A model generated the notes under the pieces. That model was given only the letters and a program-made list of their open reading frames with translations. It had not been told where the DNA came from and ran no database searches. The translations under genes were made by a program, and so were the position numbers. DNA of 43,271 nt from Armatimonadota bacterium (GTDB lineage Bacteria; Armatimonadota; Fimbriimonadia; Fimbriimonadales; GBS-DC). Below are positions 27,399 to 37,039 of the stretch, one piece after another. The DNA is taken from assembly GCA_037444405.1 (NCBI GenBank), contig JBBIML010000022.1, positions 1-43,271 on the forward strand. The letters are read 5' to 3'. Within the stretch, counting starts at the first letter, position 1; each line of letters begins with the position of its first letter.

Positions 27399-28337
27399 AT
27401 GGTCAAAGAAACCCAACTTCCTCTGCCGCTTTATACGCGGGGCAAGGTGCGCGACACTTACGCGCTGGACGATGCCCTGCTGATGATTACCACCGACCGC
27501 CTCTCGGCGTTCGATGTGGTGCTGCCGACGCCCATCCCTGACAAGGGGCGCGTTCTGAACGGTCTCAGCGCGTTCTGGTTCCATCGCTTCGAACCGTGGA
27601 TGCCCCATCACCTGATCAGCACCGACTGGAGCGCGATTGCCGACGCGCTTCAGCGAGTGGGCGTGCCCGATGTGGACGCCTATCGTCCCCTGCTGATAGG
27701 GCGCACGATGCTGGTGCGACGGGCGAAGCCGTTCCCTGTGGAGTGCGTCGTGCGCGGCTACCTCGCTGGCTCGCTCTGGAAAGAGTATCTGCAGGCAGGC
27801 GGCGCCCAGCGCGAGCAACCCGTCACCCTGCACGGTATCCACCTGCCCGCAGGACTGCGCGAATCGGAACGCCTGCCCGAACCCATCTTCACACCCGCCA
27901 CCAAAGCCCACAGCGGACACGACGAAAATATTTCCTTTGAGCAAATGGCGCATATCGTCGGCGCAGACTACGCCCGCCAGCTGCGCGAGTTGAGCCTGCG
28001 CCTCTACCACGAGGCTGCCGAATACGCGCTCGCGCGCGGCATCATTATCGCCGACACCAAGTTCGAGTTCGGTCTGGATGACGGCGGGCGTATTCTGCTG
28101 ATTGACGAGGTGCTGACGCCCGATTCCTCACGCTTCTGGGATGCCGCGCTCTATCAGCCCGGTCGCGCCCAGCCCAGTTATGATAAGCAGTTCGTGCGCG
28201 ACTACCTCGAATCGATCGGTTGGAACAAGCAACCGCCCGCGCCGCCTCTGCCGCCCGACATCGTGCAGAAAACCGCCGACAAGTATCGCGAAGCCTATCG
28301 CCGCCTGACAGGCGAGCCGCTGCCACCTGCCGAATAA
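27399..28337 (+). CDS. purC: SAICAR synthase
   Basis: RGKVRDTY, TDRLSAFD, PVECVVRGYLAGS, FTPATKA..GHDENI, IADTKFEFG, DEVLTPDSSRFW, DKQFVRD. Confidence 0.96.
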   Translation: MVKETQLPLPLYTRGKVRDTYALDDALLMITTDRLSAFDVVLPTPIPDKGRVLNGLSAFWFHRFEPWMPHHLISTDWSAIADALQRVGVPDVDAYRPLLIGRTMLVRRAKPFPVECVVRGYLAGSLWKEYLQAGGAQREQPVTLHGIHLPAGLRESERLPEPIFTPATKAHSGHDENISFEQMAHIVGADYARQLRELSLRLYHEAAEYALARGIIIADTKFEFGLDDGGRILLIDEVLTPDSSRFWDAALYQPGRAQPSYDKQFVRDYLESIGWNKQPPAPPLPPDIVQKTADKYREAYRRLTGEPLPPAE

Positions 28338-28365
28338 GCAGGGGCGCATGGCGATGCGCCCCTAC
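28338..28365. repeat. GTAG-type REP-like palindrome between convergent genes, possible bidirectional terminator
   Basis: AGGGGCGCAT-GGCG-ATGCGCCCCTAC. The GH116 stop TAG is the TAG of its GTAG. Confidence 0.8.
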
Positions 28366-30602
28366 CCCACCAGCGACCAAGCGGACATGCAGCGTGCGTA
28401 GTAGCTGCCGCATTCTGGCTCGTTGAAGGGGTTGCGTCGCGCGCCATCATGGCGGGCGCGCACCGCCTCCACCACCGCCTGCGCCTCTGCCTCCAGCCCG
28501 TAATCCAGCAGCAGCCGCGCAAACAGATACTCCAGCCCTGTCCAGCACTCCGCCCAGTAGGGAAACGGCACTGCGGGACGCCCCCCACGCGGATAGGAGC
28601 AGATCAGCACGCCCGACTCGTCGCCCAGCGCGTAGGTGCGCATGTGGTTGTAATGCCGATGGAATCCGCGACGGAAGTTGAAGCGATAGATGGAACGCAG
28701 CGCCTGAACGATATGATCCCGCCGCAGCAGGTCGCCCAGCCCGACCCGGTTCGCCTTGTATTGACCCACCAGCTGATCGATCAGGCAGCCGTCGCCCACC
28801 TGATAGTGCTGGCAGAGCGGGTCATCGGGCTGGAGCGCGGTCGTCATCGGATGGGGCGGCTCCTGCGGTCGCTGAAACCGCTGAACATAATAGTCGCCGT
28901 TGAACAGGTTCGCGTCCATCCACTGGCTACCCTGCTCAAAGAGTCGCCGGCATTCGCGGGCGAAGGCGGCATCGCCGATAACGAGCGCCATCTGCTCCAT
29001 CGCCCGCAACGCTGTTAGATACCATGTGCCACACGAGGGATTGGGTCCGAAAAACTCCACATCGTAGGTGTTGTGCTGGGCGCCCTCCATCACGCCGTCC
29101 CGATTGGCGTCCCACCCGCCGGGCACCCAGGCGAAGGCGAGCAGTTGCTTCAATGTCGGATAGACCTGTCGGAGCCACTTTTCATCGCCTTCGCGCCGAT
29201 ACTGCTGATAGGCGCGCACAATCAGCCCCATCTGTCCATCGGCGGCGGCGCGGTTGAAGCGTGCTGTGCCCGGCGGCAGGTCGAGCCGAAAGCGGTGCGC
29301 CCCGTCCGCTGTCAGCCCGTAGCGCAGATGGCTCTCCAGCATCGAACGGTGAAGGTCCGGGAAGAGCGCGCACAGCGCCTCCTCGTAGTTCCACACATGC
29401 GTGCAGGAGCCATAACAGCAGCCCGTCGTCGCATTACAGCCCTCGAAGGCGCAAAAAGTGCCATCCTCCAGCCGGAAGCAGGTCGGGCTGCGCAACACGC
29501 TCAGGCAGTTGAGCGCCGATTCGGCGAAGGCGGGGTGCCGGGCGCGCTTAATGACCGAGCGCACGAACGCCAGCGTTCGCTGCTCCAGCTCCGACAGGCG
29601 CGGGATGACCGCCTGCGCCACCGTTAGCGCGTCGCGGAACCGTAGGGCATAATGGTTGCGCACGATGGGGTCGTCGCGCTCGCTGCCCTGCCACCAGCCC
29701 AGCTCGCGCAGGTCGCGGTACGGGAAGTGCCAGCAGAGCAGGAACCGCGCCGTCTGCTGGCTCTTTGCGGGCAGGTCGAACGGCACGGAGAGCGAGCTGT
29801 TCCAGCCATGCTCGTCGCTGGGCGGGCACGGCTCATCGGGCGCCGCATCGGCAATCGCCCCGTCAGTCAGCAGGGTATCGATCAGTCCGAGCAGTTCGCG
29901 GTTCCATGCGCGGTCGCGGAACGCCCATCGGCGCGCCGCCACCGCCGGGCGTTCGCTCAGCAGGGCGAGCGTGCCCCAGCGCGGCGACCGCTGCTCCGGC
30001 TCCTTGCAGAAAAGAAGCCCCTGCCAGCCTGCCACCTGCGCGAACTCTGTACGATTGCCGCGCAGGTCGCTCACGACCCCATCACTGCCGATGAAGCTGG
30101 TCAGCACAAAAGTCAGCGACACCGCGAGCGGCGCAGAACCCCGATTGGATACCTGCACGCTAAGCATGCCAAACGGCAGGCTGGAATCGTCCGTCGCTTC
30201 GGGGATGAGCGGGTTGAAGGCGGTGAGGGCGACCTCGATGGGCAGGCTCGGATCACGCAGGTGGACGCGCCCGAACGGGTACGCCGATTCGAAACTCACT
30301 GCCCGCATGCGCGGGATACCGCCCAGCGCCTGCGGCACGCCGTGATCGGCGTCCAGATGGAGCCGTGTGATGCCCTCCAGCACGCGCAGATAGGTCTGCC
30401 CGCGCGGCGTGCGAACCCACAGCAGCAGATGGGCGTAAGGCGGTCGCCAGCCCCGATGCGGACGGCTCATCAACTGCCAGTCGGTGAGTGCACCATCGCC
30501 TGTGAGCGCGAAGCAGCCCGTGCCGATGCCGCCCACTGGCATCGCTATCGCCCGCAGGCGCGAGCGCCCATATCGCGCCACCACTGGAAAATCGCGCGCC
30601 AT
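28362..30602 (-). CDS. GH116 family glycoside hydrolase (non-lysosomal glucosylceramidase-like)
   Basis: MPVGGIGTG, CYGSCTHVWNY, AADGQMG, QHNTYDVEF, GCLIDQLVGQ, ECWTGLEY, NPFNEPECGSYYAR. Confidence 0.92.
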   Translation of the reverse strand: MARDFPVVARYGRSRLRAIAMPVGGIGTGCFALTGDGALTDWQLMSRPHRGWRPPYAHLLLWVRTPRGQTYLRVLEGITRLHLDADHGVPQALGGIPRMRAVSFESAYPFGRVHLRDPSLPIEVALTAFNPLIPEATDDSSLPFGMLSVQVSNRGSAPLAVSLTFVLTSFIGSDGVVSDLRGNRTEFAQVAGWQGLLFCKEPEQRSPRWGTLALLSERPAVAARRWAFRDRAWNRELLGLIDTLLTDGAIADAAPDEPCPPSDEHGWNSSLSVPFDLPAKSQQTARFLLCWHFPYRDLRELGWWQGSERDDPIVRNHYALRFRDALTVAQAVIPRLSELEQRTLAFVRSVIKRARHPAFAESALNCLSVLRSPTCFRLEDGTFCAFEGCNATTGCCYGSCTHVWNYEEALCALFPDLHRSMLESHLRYGLTADGAHRFRLDLPPGTARFNRAAADGQMGLIVRAYQQYRREGDEKWLRQVYPTLKQLLAFAWVPGGWDANRDGVMEGAQHNTYDVEFFGPNPSCGTWYLTALRAMEQMALVIGDAAFARECRRLFEQGSQWMDANLFNGDYYVQRFQRPQEPPHPMTTALQPDDPLCQHYQVGDGCLIDQLVGQYKANRVGLGDLLRRDHIVQALRSIYRFNFRRGFHRHYNHMRTYALGDESGVLICSYPRGGRPAVPFPYWAECWTGLEYLFARLLLDYGLEAEAQAVVEAVRARHDGARRNPFNEPECGSYYARCMSAWSLVG

Positions 30603-30662
30603 AAGCCAGAACTTCTGCCTGCATCCCGCCTTCCCTGCCTGTCAGCATGGTTGCGGTGAGCG

Positions 30663-30749
30663 CCCTCACCCCCAGCCCCTCTCCCCCAACTCCTCTCTCG
30701 TGCTGTGAGCGATGGGAGTCTAATCCCTCTCCCCAGTGGGGGAGAGGGA
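30663..30749. repeat. Palindromic repeat family A, composite intergenic copy
   Basis: CCCTCACCCCCAGCCCCTCTCCCCC ... TCCCTCTCCCCAGTGGGGGAGAGGGA. Confidence 0.8.
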
Positions 30750-30753
30750 GTTA

Positions 30754-33700
30754 TTAGCCTCTTTCCCCCACCTGGAGCGATTGGAGCGCCGTCAGCACGG
30801 TCAGGAGCGTCTCCAGCGGCTGGGCGGTGAGAGGCAGGCTCATCTTTTCGGGGCGTGTGCGGATAAAGGCAAACTGCCGCTGCAACGCCGTCTGCCAGCG
30901 CGCTTTCAGCCGCCGTTCAGGCTTGAAATCAACTATCAGCCGATTGCCCTCTGCCTGCAGGCTGGCGGCGCCCACCGCATGCGCCAGAATGCGCACCTCC
31001 ATAATGCGCAACAGGTTGCGCACGGTCGGCGGCAACTGCCCGTAGCGGTCGCGCAGCTCGCGCACGAGGTCTTTCAGCTCCTCGCGTGTGCGGCTGCCCG
31101 CGATGCGCTTGTAGTAGCCCAGCCGTTGCGCCACATCGGGGATGTAATCGGCAGGGATGTAGGCGTCTACCGGCAGCTGGGCGGGCGGCAGCTCCTCCTG
31201 CAGGGGCGCATCCAGCGACCAGTGCGTCTCCCCGTTGCGCAGGTGGCGGATGGCGTCGCGCAACATCGCCTGATAGAGTTCGAAGCCGACCATGCGCATC
31301 GCGCCATGCTGTTCCTCGCCCAGCAGGTTGCCCGCGCCGCGGATTTCGAGATCGCGCATCGCCAGTGCGAAGCCCGAACCCAGATGGGAGAACTCCCTGA
31401 GCGCCTGCAGACGCTCTTCTGCCTTCTCGCTGAGCTTGCCCGCTTTGAACAGGAAGTAGGCGTACGCCTGGCGGTCACTGCGCCCGACGCGCCCGCGCAA
31501 CTGATAGAGCTGCGCCAGCCCGAACCGCTCCGCGCCCTCCACAATCAGCGTGTTCACATTTGGCATGTCCAGCCCGTTCTCGACAATCGTCGTGCTGACC
31601 AGCACATCGTAGCGGTGCCGATAGAAGTCCAGCACCGTCGCCTCCATTCGGGCGGCAGGCATCTGCCCGTGCGCGACTGCGATTCGGGCGCCGGGCACCA
31701 GCCGCTGGAGCCGCTCCGCCACATGCTGGATGCCCTGCACGCGCGGCACCACATAGAACACCTGCCCGTCGCGCTGGAGTTCACGCAGAATCGCTTCGCG
31801 CACCGTCCACTCCGTGTAGGGCAGAACATAGGTGCGGATAGGGAGCCGCCCCGGCGGCGGGTCGGTGATGAGGCTCATATCGCGGATCTCGGTGAGCGCC
31901 ATATAGAGCGTGCGCGGGATGGGCGTCGCGCTCATCGTCAGCACATCGACCGCGCCGCGCAACTGCTTGAACCGCTCCTTCTGCATCACGCCGAACCGCT
32001 GCTCCTCATCGATAATCACCAGCCCCAGATTGTGAAACTGCACATCTTTAGAGAGCAGGCGGTGCGTGCCGATGACCATATCGATGGCGCCCGTCTTCAG
32101 CCCGTGCAGGATGCGCCGCTGCTCGGCAGGCGTGATGAGCCGGCTCAACAGCGCGACCTGGATGCCGAACGGTTCGAACCGCTCGGTGAAGGTCTGCCAG
32201 TGTTGATACGCCAGCACGGTGGTGGGGCACAGCAGGGCGACCTGTCGACCCGACATGATGGCTTTGAAGGCGGCTCGCAGGGCGACCTCCGTCTTGCCGA
32301 AGCCCACATCGCCCACCAGCAGCCGATCCATCGGATGGGGCGATTCCAGATCGCGCTTGACCTCCTGAATCGCCTGCATCTGGCTGGGCGTTTCGAGGTA
32401 AGGGAAGCCCGCCTCCATCTCCTGTTGCCAAGGTGTGTCGGGGTCGCAGGGCGGGCGGGTCGCCTTCTCGCGCAGGGCATAGAGGCGCACCAGCTCCTGC
32501 GCCACCTCCTTCGCCCTGCGGCGTGCCTGCGCCACGCGGCGTGTCCACAGCGCACTGTTGAGCCGATGGATTTCGGGCGGCTTATCATCGGGCGCAATAT
32601 ATTTCTGAATGCGGTCTAACTGGTCTGTCGGCACATAGATGCGGTCGGGGTGCGCGTACTCAATCAGCAGGTAATCGCGCTTGACCCCATCGCGCTCCAG
32701 CGTGGTCAGTCCGCGAAAGATGCCGATGCCGTGATAGAGATGCACCACATAGTCGCCGGGCTGGAGGTCCATAATGGAGGTGATGGGCACGCCCTCGTTA
32801 AATCGGCGGGGCGGCAGGCGCAGGCGATTGCGCTCGAACAGCTCCGCGTCGGTGATGAGCGCGAACCGCTGGCTGTCCCACACGAAACCACCGCCCAGAT
32901 TGCCCCGCCAGAGCAGCAGCGGGCGCGACGCCCCATCGGTTTGGACTGCGGAAGCGGGGCTTCCGCACTCCATATCGGTGTCCATGAAGGGCAGCTCCGC
33001 CTGGCGCAGGGCGTGCTTCACCTGATTGGGGCGGTCGGTCGCGATAACAATCTGGTAGCCTGCCTCGTGCCAGCGGCGCAGGCTGTTCCACAGGTCAGGT
33101 AGCCGCCCGCGCGTCGTCTCCAGCGAGCGCGTGCCAATCGGGATACCGCCCTCGCTGGTCAGCACCAGCGTGCGCGCATGCAAATCAAGCTTCTGAATCG
33201 GCTCCAGATAGGCGTCCGCCTGGAGCGGGATAATATCGCCGCGCGATGCACGCGACGCCAACGCTTGCTGAAGGTCGTCCATCAGCCGCTCATATGCCAT
33301 CTGCAGGCGGAGCGGCTCCTCCAGAATCAGCACCGCATCGGCGGGCAGGTAGTCCAGCAGGCAGGCGCGCTCCACCACCAGCCACGGCAGATAGAGTTCC
33401 AGCCGGTCAAACGGCGCGCCCTGCGACAGGGGATGCAGGTCCGCCTCCAGATTTTCGCGCAGAGCGGGTTGCAGAGCCTTCGGCTGGAGCGCGATCCGGG
33501 CTTCCCATTCGGCGCGGATGCGTTCGGCAAGCTCCGGATTGCCCATCGGCACCTCGCGGGCGGGCGGGATGCGCACCACGCGCAGGCTGGCGACCGATCG
33601 CTGCGTGGCGGGGTCAAAACGGCGGATGCTAACAATCTCATCGCCGAAGAACTCGATGCGCACAGGTGCATTCGCACCCATCGGGAACACATCCACAATC

Positions 33701-34308
33701 CCGCCCCGCCGCGCGAACTGACCTGGCAACCGCACTGGCTCCTGATGCTCATAACCGCTCACCATCAGCTGCTGGATGAGCGCGTCAGGGGAAATGTAGG
33801 GCTGGGGCGTCCCGCCTCGCAATGCCCCCTCACCCGCACCCTCTCCCCCAAAAGGGGAGAGGGGTTCGGATGCTCCCTCGCCATCCTCAACAGCGGCGAG
33901 GGCTAACAGCAATCGTTCAAACATCGCGGGGGGCATCGTGCGTTGCAGGGCGGCAGCAAGCGGAGCAATCACGATGACCGATTCGCCCCGATAGAGCGCC
34001 CGCAGCGCGCGCACTCGCTCATGCAGAACCTCCAGCTCCACACCTGTCGGCTCCATCACGGGCGTCAAACCTGATGGCACACGCATCAGGCGCGATTCGG
34101 GGACGCCGAGCCGCAGCAGGATCGCCAGCCACTGCTCGGCGCGCTCCAGCGAGGGGGTCAGAATCAGCACAGGGGCTTGCTGGTCAGCCATCAGCGCTGT
34201 TGTCAGCACAGGCGCCGACTCCGAACACACCTCGCGCCACACCAGCGGACGACCCCCATCCCACTCAGGCAATCCACCCCGCAACGCCTGTAGCCAGACG
34301 GGCAACAT
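30754..34308 (-). CDS. mfd: Transcription-repair coupling factor Mfd with two in-frame repeat insertions
   Basis: [85 protein letters not shown]-terminus. Confidence 0.97.
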   Translation of the reverse strand: MLPVWLQALRGGLPEWDGGRPLVWREVCSESAPVLTTALMADQQAPVLILTPSLERAEQWLAILLRLGVPESRLMRVPSGLTPVMEPTGVELEVLHERVRALRALYRGESVIVIAPLAAALQRTMPPAMFERLLLALAAVEDGEGASEPLSPFGGEGAGEGALRGGTPQPYISPDALIQQLMVSGYEHQEPVRLPGQFARRGGIVDVFPMGANAPVRIEFFGDEIVSIRRFDPATQRSVASLRVVRIPPAREVPMGNPELAERIRAEWEARIALQPKALQPALRENLEADLHPLSQGAPFDRLELYLPWLVVERACLLDYLPADAVLILEEPLRLQMAYERLMDDLQQALASRASRGDIIPLQADAYLEPIQKLDLHARTLVLTSEGGIPIGTRSLETTRGRLPDLWNSLRRWHEAGYQIVIATDRPNQVKHALRQAELPFMDTDMECGSPASAVQTDGASRPLLLWRGNLGGGFVWDSQRFALITDAELFERNRLRLPPRRFNEGVPITSIMDLQPGDYVVHLYHGIGIFRGLTTLERDGVKRDYLLIEYAHPDRIYVPTDQLDRIQKYIAPDDKPPEIHRLNSALWTRRVAQARRRAKEVAQELVRLYALREKATRPPCDPDTPWQQEMEAGFPYLETPSQMQAIQEVKRDLESPHPMDRLLVGDVGFGKTEVALRAAFKAIMSGRQVALLCPTTVLAYQHWQTFTERFEPFGIQVALLSRLITPAEQRRILHGLKTGAIDMVIGTHRLLSKDVQFHNLGLVIIDEEQRFGVMQKERFKQLRGAVDVLTMSATPIPRTLYMALTEIRDMSLITDPPPGRLPIRTYVLPYTEWTVREAILRELQRDGQVFYVVPRVQGIQHVAERLQRLVPGARIAVAHGQMPAARMEATVLDFYRHRYDVLVSTTIVENGLDMPNVNTLIVEGAERFGLAQLYQLRGRVGRSDRQAYAYFLFKAGKLSEKAEERLQALREFSHLGSGFALAMRDLEIRGAGNLLGEEQHGAMRMVGFELYQAMLRDAIRHLRNGETHWSLDAPLQEELPPAQLPVDAYIPADYIPDVAQRLGYYKRIAGSRTREELKDLVRELRDRYGQLPPTVRNLLRIMEVRILAHAVGAASLQAEGNRLIVDFKPERRLKARWQTALQRQFAFIRTRPEKMSLPLTAQPLETLLTVLTALQSLQVGERG
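32942..32972. repeat. Palindrome family C inside mfd
   Basis: TGGACTGCGGAAGC-GGG-GCTTCCGCACTCCA, translated as [11 protein letters not shown]. Confidence 0.7.
33796..33902. repeat. Composite family A + GTAG-type repeat inside mfd
   Basis: GTAGGGCTGGGGCGTCCCGCCTCGC, CCCCCTCACCCGCACCCTCTCCCCCAAAAGGGGAGAGGGG and CCCTCGCC..GGCGAGGG, translated as [36 protein letters not shown]. Confidence 0.85.
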
Positions 34309-34471
34309 GCAACTATAGAGTGTACCTGAGCGGCTTGAGTGTCCCGACCAGGCAAGCAGGGGCGAGACGCACCTGCCACGATAGCCGACGCAGGTCAACT
34401 GACCCTTCAGTCGATTCCGGGCAGGAGAAGCGAGCGGGTGAGCGAATCATGAGCAACGGAGGTGAGCAACG

Positions 34472-34876
34472 ATGGGATTTCCATACAAGGACGCGGAGCA
34501 GGCGAAGGCGTTTGTGCTGGGATTCATTGAGCGACTGCGCGCGGTGGATGTGATCCGGGAGGGCTGGCAGAAGCTCGATATGCTCATCGCCATCCACATC
34601 CGTCAGCCCGATATCGACTTCTGGATCGACACGCGCGGGGGCAAGCTCGAACTCTGCACCGAAAAGCCTGAAGGCGAGGAGGAAGCCGCGCTGACCCTGA
34701 CCGCCGACCTGTTCCACAAACTCTACACGGGTCAGGAGAACGCGATGATGGCGTTCACACAGCGCAAGATTCAGCCCAGAGGGCGCGTGAGCGGCATCAT
34801 GCAGCTGACCAGCACCATGCCGCAGGCGGTGGCGGTCTATCGGGAGTACCTCAAGGAGCGCGGGCTGGAACCCTAA
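34472..34876 (+). CDS. SCP2 sterol/lipid-binding domain protein
   Basis: RBS GGAGGTG. LTLTADLFHKLYTGQENAMMAFTQRKIQPRG is an SCP2-like pattern. Confidence 0.75.
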   Translation: MGFPYKDAEQAKAFVLGFIERLRAVDVIREGWQKLDMLIAIHIRQPDIDFWIDTRGGKLELCTEKPEGEEEAALTLTADLFHKLYTGQENAMMAFTQRKIQPRGRVSGIMQLTSTMPQAVAVYREYLKERGLEP

Positions 34877-34882
34877 AAAAGA

Positions 34883-34959
34883 TGGTAGCCCCAGGGGGAT
34901 TCGAACCCCCGTCCTCCTGGCTGAGAACCAGGCGTCCTAGACCGCTAGACCATGGGGCC
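34883..34959 (-). tRNA. tRNA-Glu (CTC)
   Basis: Cloverleaf GGCCCCA..GTCTAGCGGTCTAGGAC..CCTGG TTCTCAG CCAGG..GGGGG TTCGAAT CCCCC TGGGGCT ACCA, with encoded CCA. Confidence 0.97.
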
Positions 34960-34973
34960 ACCCGACGCCTTAC

Positions 34974-35004
34974 ATAATACCCTATATCCCCTATGTCTTG
35001 TCAA
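34974..35004 (-). promoter_or_regulatory. Putative sigma70 promoter of tRNA-Glu
   Basis: TTGACA (35004-34999) and GG-TATTAT (34979-34974); the 19-nt spacer is longer than usual. Confidence 0.5.
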
Positions 35005-35011
35005 GGGGTCG

Positions 35012-35147
35012 GAGGGCTGTTCGAAAATTTGGGGCATAATATCGACCTGAGTGAAGCCCCCTCACCCCAACCCTCTCCCCTGCAGGCGGGGGAGAGGGTA
35101 CGGGTGAGGGGCAGCCTTGCCTCTGGTTGGATTTTTCGAACACCCTC
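35012..35147. mobile_element. MITE of about 136 bp with terminal inverted repeats, 8-9 bp target-site duplication and internal family A palindrome
   Basis: Left end GAGGGCTGTTCGAAAATT; right end reverse complement GAGGGTGTTCGAAAAAT. Flanking direct repeat AGGGGTCG at 35004-35011 and 35148-35155. Internal hairpin at 35057-35111. Confidence 0.8.
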
Positions 35148-35172
35148 AGGGGTCGGTAAAATGAGGCCCCTT

Positions 35173-36486
35173 TTATGGGCGGGCGCGATACTTCTCGTAG
35201 AGCCGAATGTGCTTGCTGGTCATCTCGATGGGGCGCCCAGCAATCCACACCTGGCGCACCTGCGTGCGGATGTCCAGCGGGTCGCCCGTGGTGAGAACGA
35301 GATTCGCGTCTTTGCCGGGTTCAATCGTGCCGAGCCGATGCTCCAGCCCCAGAATGCGCGCAGGGTAGAGCGTGATGGCTTTCAGACCCTCTTCATAGGG
35401 CAATCCGAAGGCGACCGCCGTCGCCACATGGTAAGGCAGGTTGCGCACATTGCTGTCATCCGCGCTGGCAATGCAAAACAGCACGCCCTTCTCGTGGAGC
35501 AGGCGCGGCTCGGTAAACGGCTCGTCATACGGCGCGTCCTCGCTGCGAGGGAGCTGATGCACGCGCTGTAAGATCACGGGCACACCCTTTTCGCGCAGTA
35601 AGTCGGCGACTTTCCATGCCTCGTCGCCACCCACAATCACGATTCGCACCTTCTCTTCCTCCGCCCAGCGGACGGCTGCCTGAATGCCCAGCGCACTGGT
35701 AACGCGCACAAACAGCGGCAGCCTGCCCTCCAGGATGGGTAGCATCGCTTCGAAGCGCGGGTCGCGCTCGTGCAGGGGTACGCCATCTTTGCCTTCGGTG
35801 CTACGAGCGCGGGCGTAGCGGCGCGCGCTCTCGAAAAACTCACGCAGCGGTCGCATGCGGCTCTCCCAGTCGCGCAGACGCGACTCCGCCGACTGACCCG
35901 CCTCGCCCGACGGCGATGGGAAGTTCACAAAGACCCCAATCGGTGTCTTGAGGCACATGTCTTCCCATGTCCAGCCGTCCAGATTGATCACGCAGCCCAT
36001 GCCCGACAGCACGCCGCCGCTGGGCGCGACCACCGCCGTGGTGATACCGTTCACACGGGCGACAGGGATCAGCTCCGAATCGGGGTTGATGGCGATTTCG
36101 GCGCGCACATTCGGGTTGAACGCGCCCGTCTCGGCGGTATCGTTGGTGGCAGGCACGGAGCCGACCTCGGTCAGCCCCAGCGTGGTGCTGGCATCGATGA
36201 AGCCCGGATAGAGGTGCAGCCCCTTCGCATCGTACACCTGCGCGTCGGGCGGCACGCTCACCTGCGCGCCCACTGCCTCGATGCGCCCGTCGCGAATCAG
36301 CACCGTCGCGCCCTCTATCGTCGCGCCACTGATCGGATGAACCGTCGCATTAACAATCGCGTAAACGCCCTTCGTGGTGAGCGGTCGCTCGCGCGACGCC
36401 GTGTACACGGGTCCCAGCGAGCTGCCAGACCCATCCCACGCCAAGCCACCAAGCCATAAACCCAGCATCCAGAGCCATACACGCAT
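35173..36486 (-). CDS. Secreted amidohydrolase-superfamily protein
   Basis: Signal peptide, VLIRDGRIEAVG, DAKGLHLYPGFID, GITTA, AITLYPARILG...GTIEPGKDANLV, GDPLD. Confidence 0.88.
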   Translation of the reverse strand: MRVWLWMLGLWLGGLAWDGSGSSLGPVYTASRERPLTTKGVYAIVNATVHPISGATIEGATVLIRDGRIEAVGAQVSVPPDAQVYDAKGLHLYPGFIDASTTLGLTEVGSVPATNDTAETGAFNPNVRAEIAINPDSELIPVARVNGITTAVVAPSGGVLSGMGCVINLDGWTWEDMCLKTPIGVFVNFPSPSGEAGQSAESRLRDWESRMRPLREFFESARRYARARSTEGKDGVPLHERDPRFEAMLPILEGRLPLFVRVTSALGIQAAVRWAEEEKVRIVIVGGDEAWKVADLLREKGVPVILQRVHQLPRSEDAPYDEPFTEPRLLHEKGVLFCIASADDSNVRNLPYHVATAVAFGLPYEEGLKAITLYPARILGLEHRLGTIEPGKDANLVLTTGDPLDIRTQVRQVWIAGRPIEMTSKHIRLYEKYRARP

Positions 36487-36634
36487 AGCGAATCGTCCTT
36501 TTCGCGCCCCGAAGCCACTCTCCTGCAAAAACGCACTGCAAAACCCGATAATTAATCGGGAACCTGACGCGCCAGCGCACCGACAGAAGGCATGCGGATA
36601 GGGTACAATAGAATGGTGTGGAGGACGAAGCGGA

Positions 36635-37039
36635 ATGAAGAAGATTCTGGTGGTAGATGACGAGCGACACATTGTGCGCCTGATTCAGGTGAACCTGGAG
36701 CGTCAGGGCTATCAGGTCGTCACGGCACACGACGGGAAGGAAGCGCTGGAGAAGGTGGCTTCCGAGAAGCCCGATCTGGTCGTGCTGGATGTGATGATGC
36801 CCTATATGGACGGTTTTGAGGTCCTGCGCCACCTGCGGCGCGATCCGGAGACGGCGGAGCTGCCCGTGATTATGCTGACCGCGAAGGCGCAGGACATGGA
36901 TGTGTTCCGCGGGTATCAGGAAGGCGTCGATATGTACCTAACGAAGCCGTTCAACCCGCAGGAGCTGCTGGCGTTTGTGCGACGGATTTTCCGCGCACGC
37001 GAGACAGGTGAAGATGGTGAAAGCCGCTACCAACTCTGA
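36635..37039 (+). CDS. Stand-alone response regulator receiver protein
   Basis: KILVVDDE, DLVVLDVMMP, PVIMLTAK, YLTKPF; no output domain. Confidence 0.95.
   Translation: MKKILVVDDERHIVRLIQVNLERQGYQVVTAHDGKEALEKVASEKPDLVVLDVMMPYMDGFEVLRHLRRDPETAELPVIMLTAKAQDMDVFRGYQEGVDMYLTKPFNPQELLAFVRRIFRARETGEDGESRYQL

Noticed and set aside
30736..32619. 627-aa plus-strand ORF
   Set aside because: Antisense shadow of mfd, expected from GC-rich codon bias; no motifs of its own.
34325..34471. Riboswitch or ncRNA between mfd and the SCP2 gene
   Set aside because: I could not recognise any aptamer consensus or stable long hairpin; an Rfam scan would settle it.
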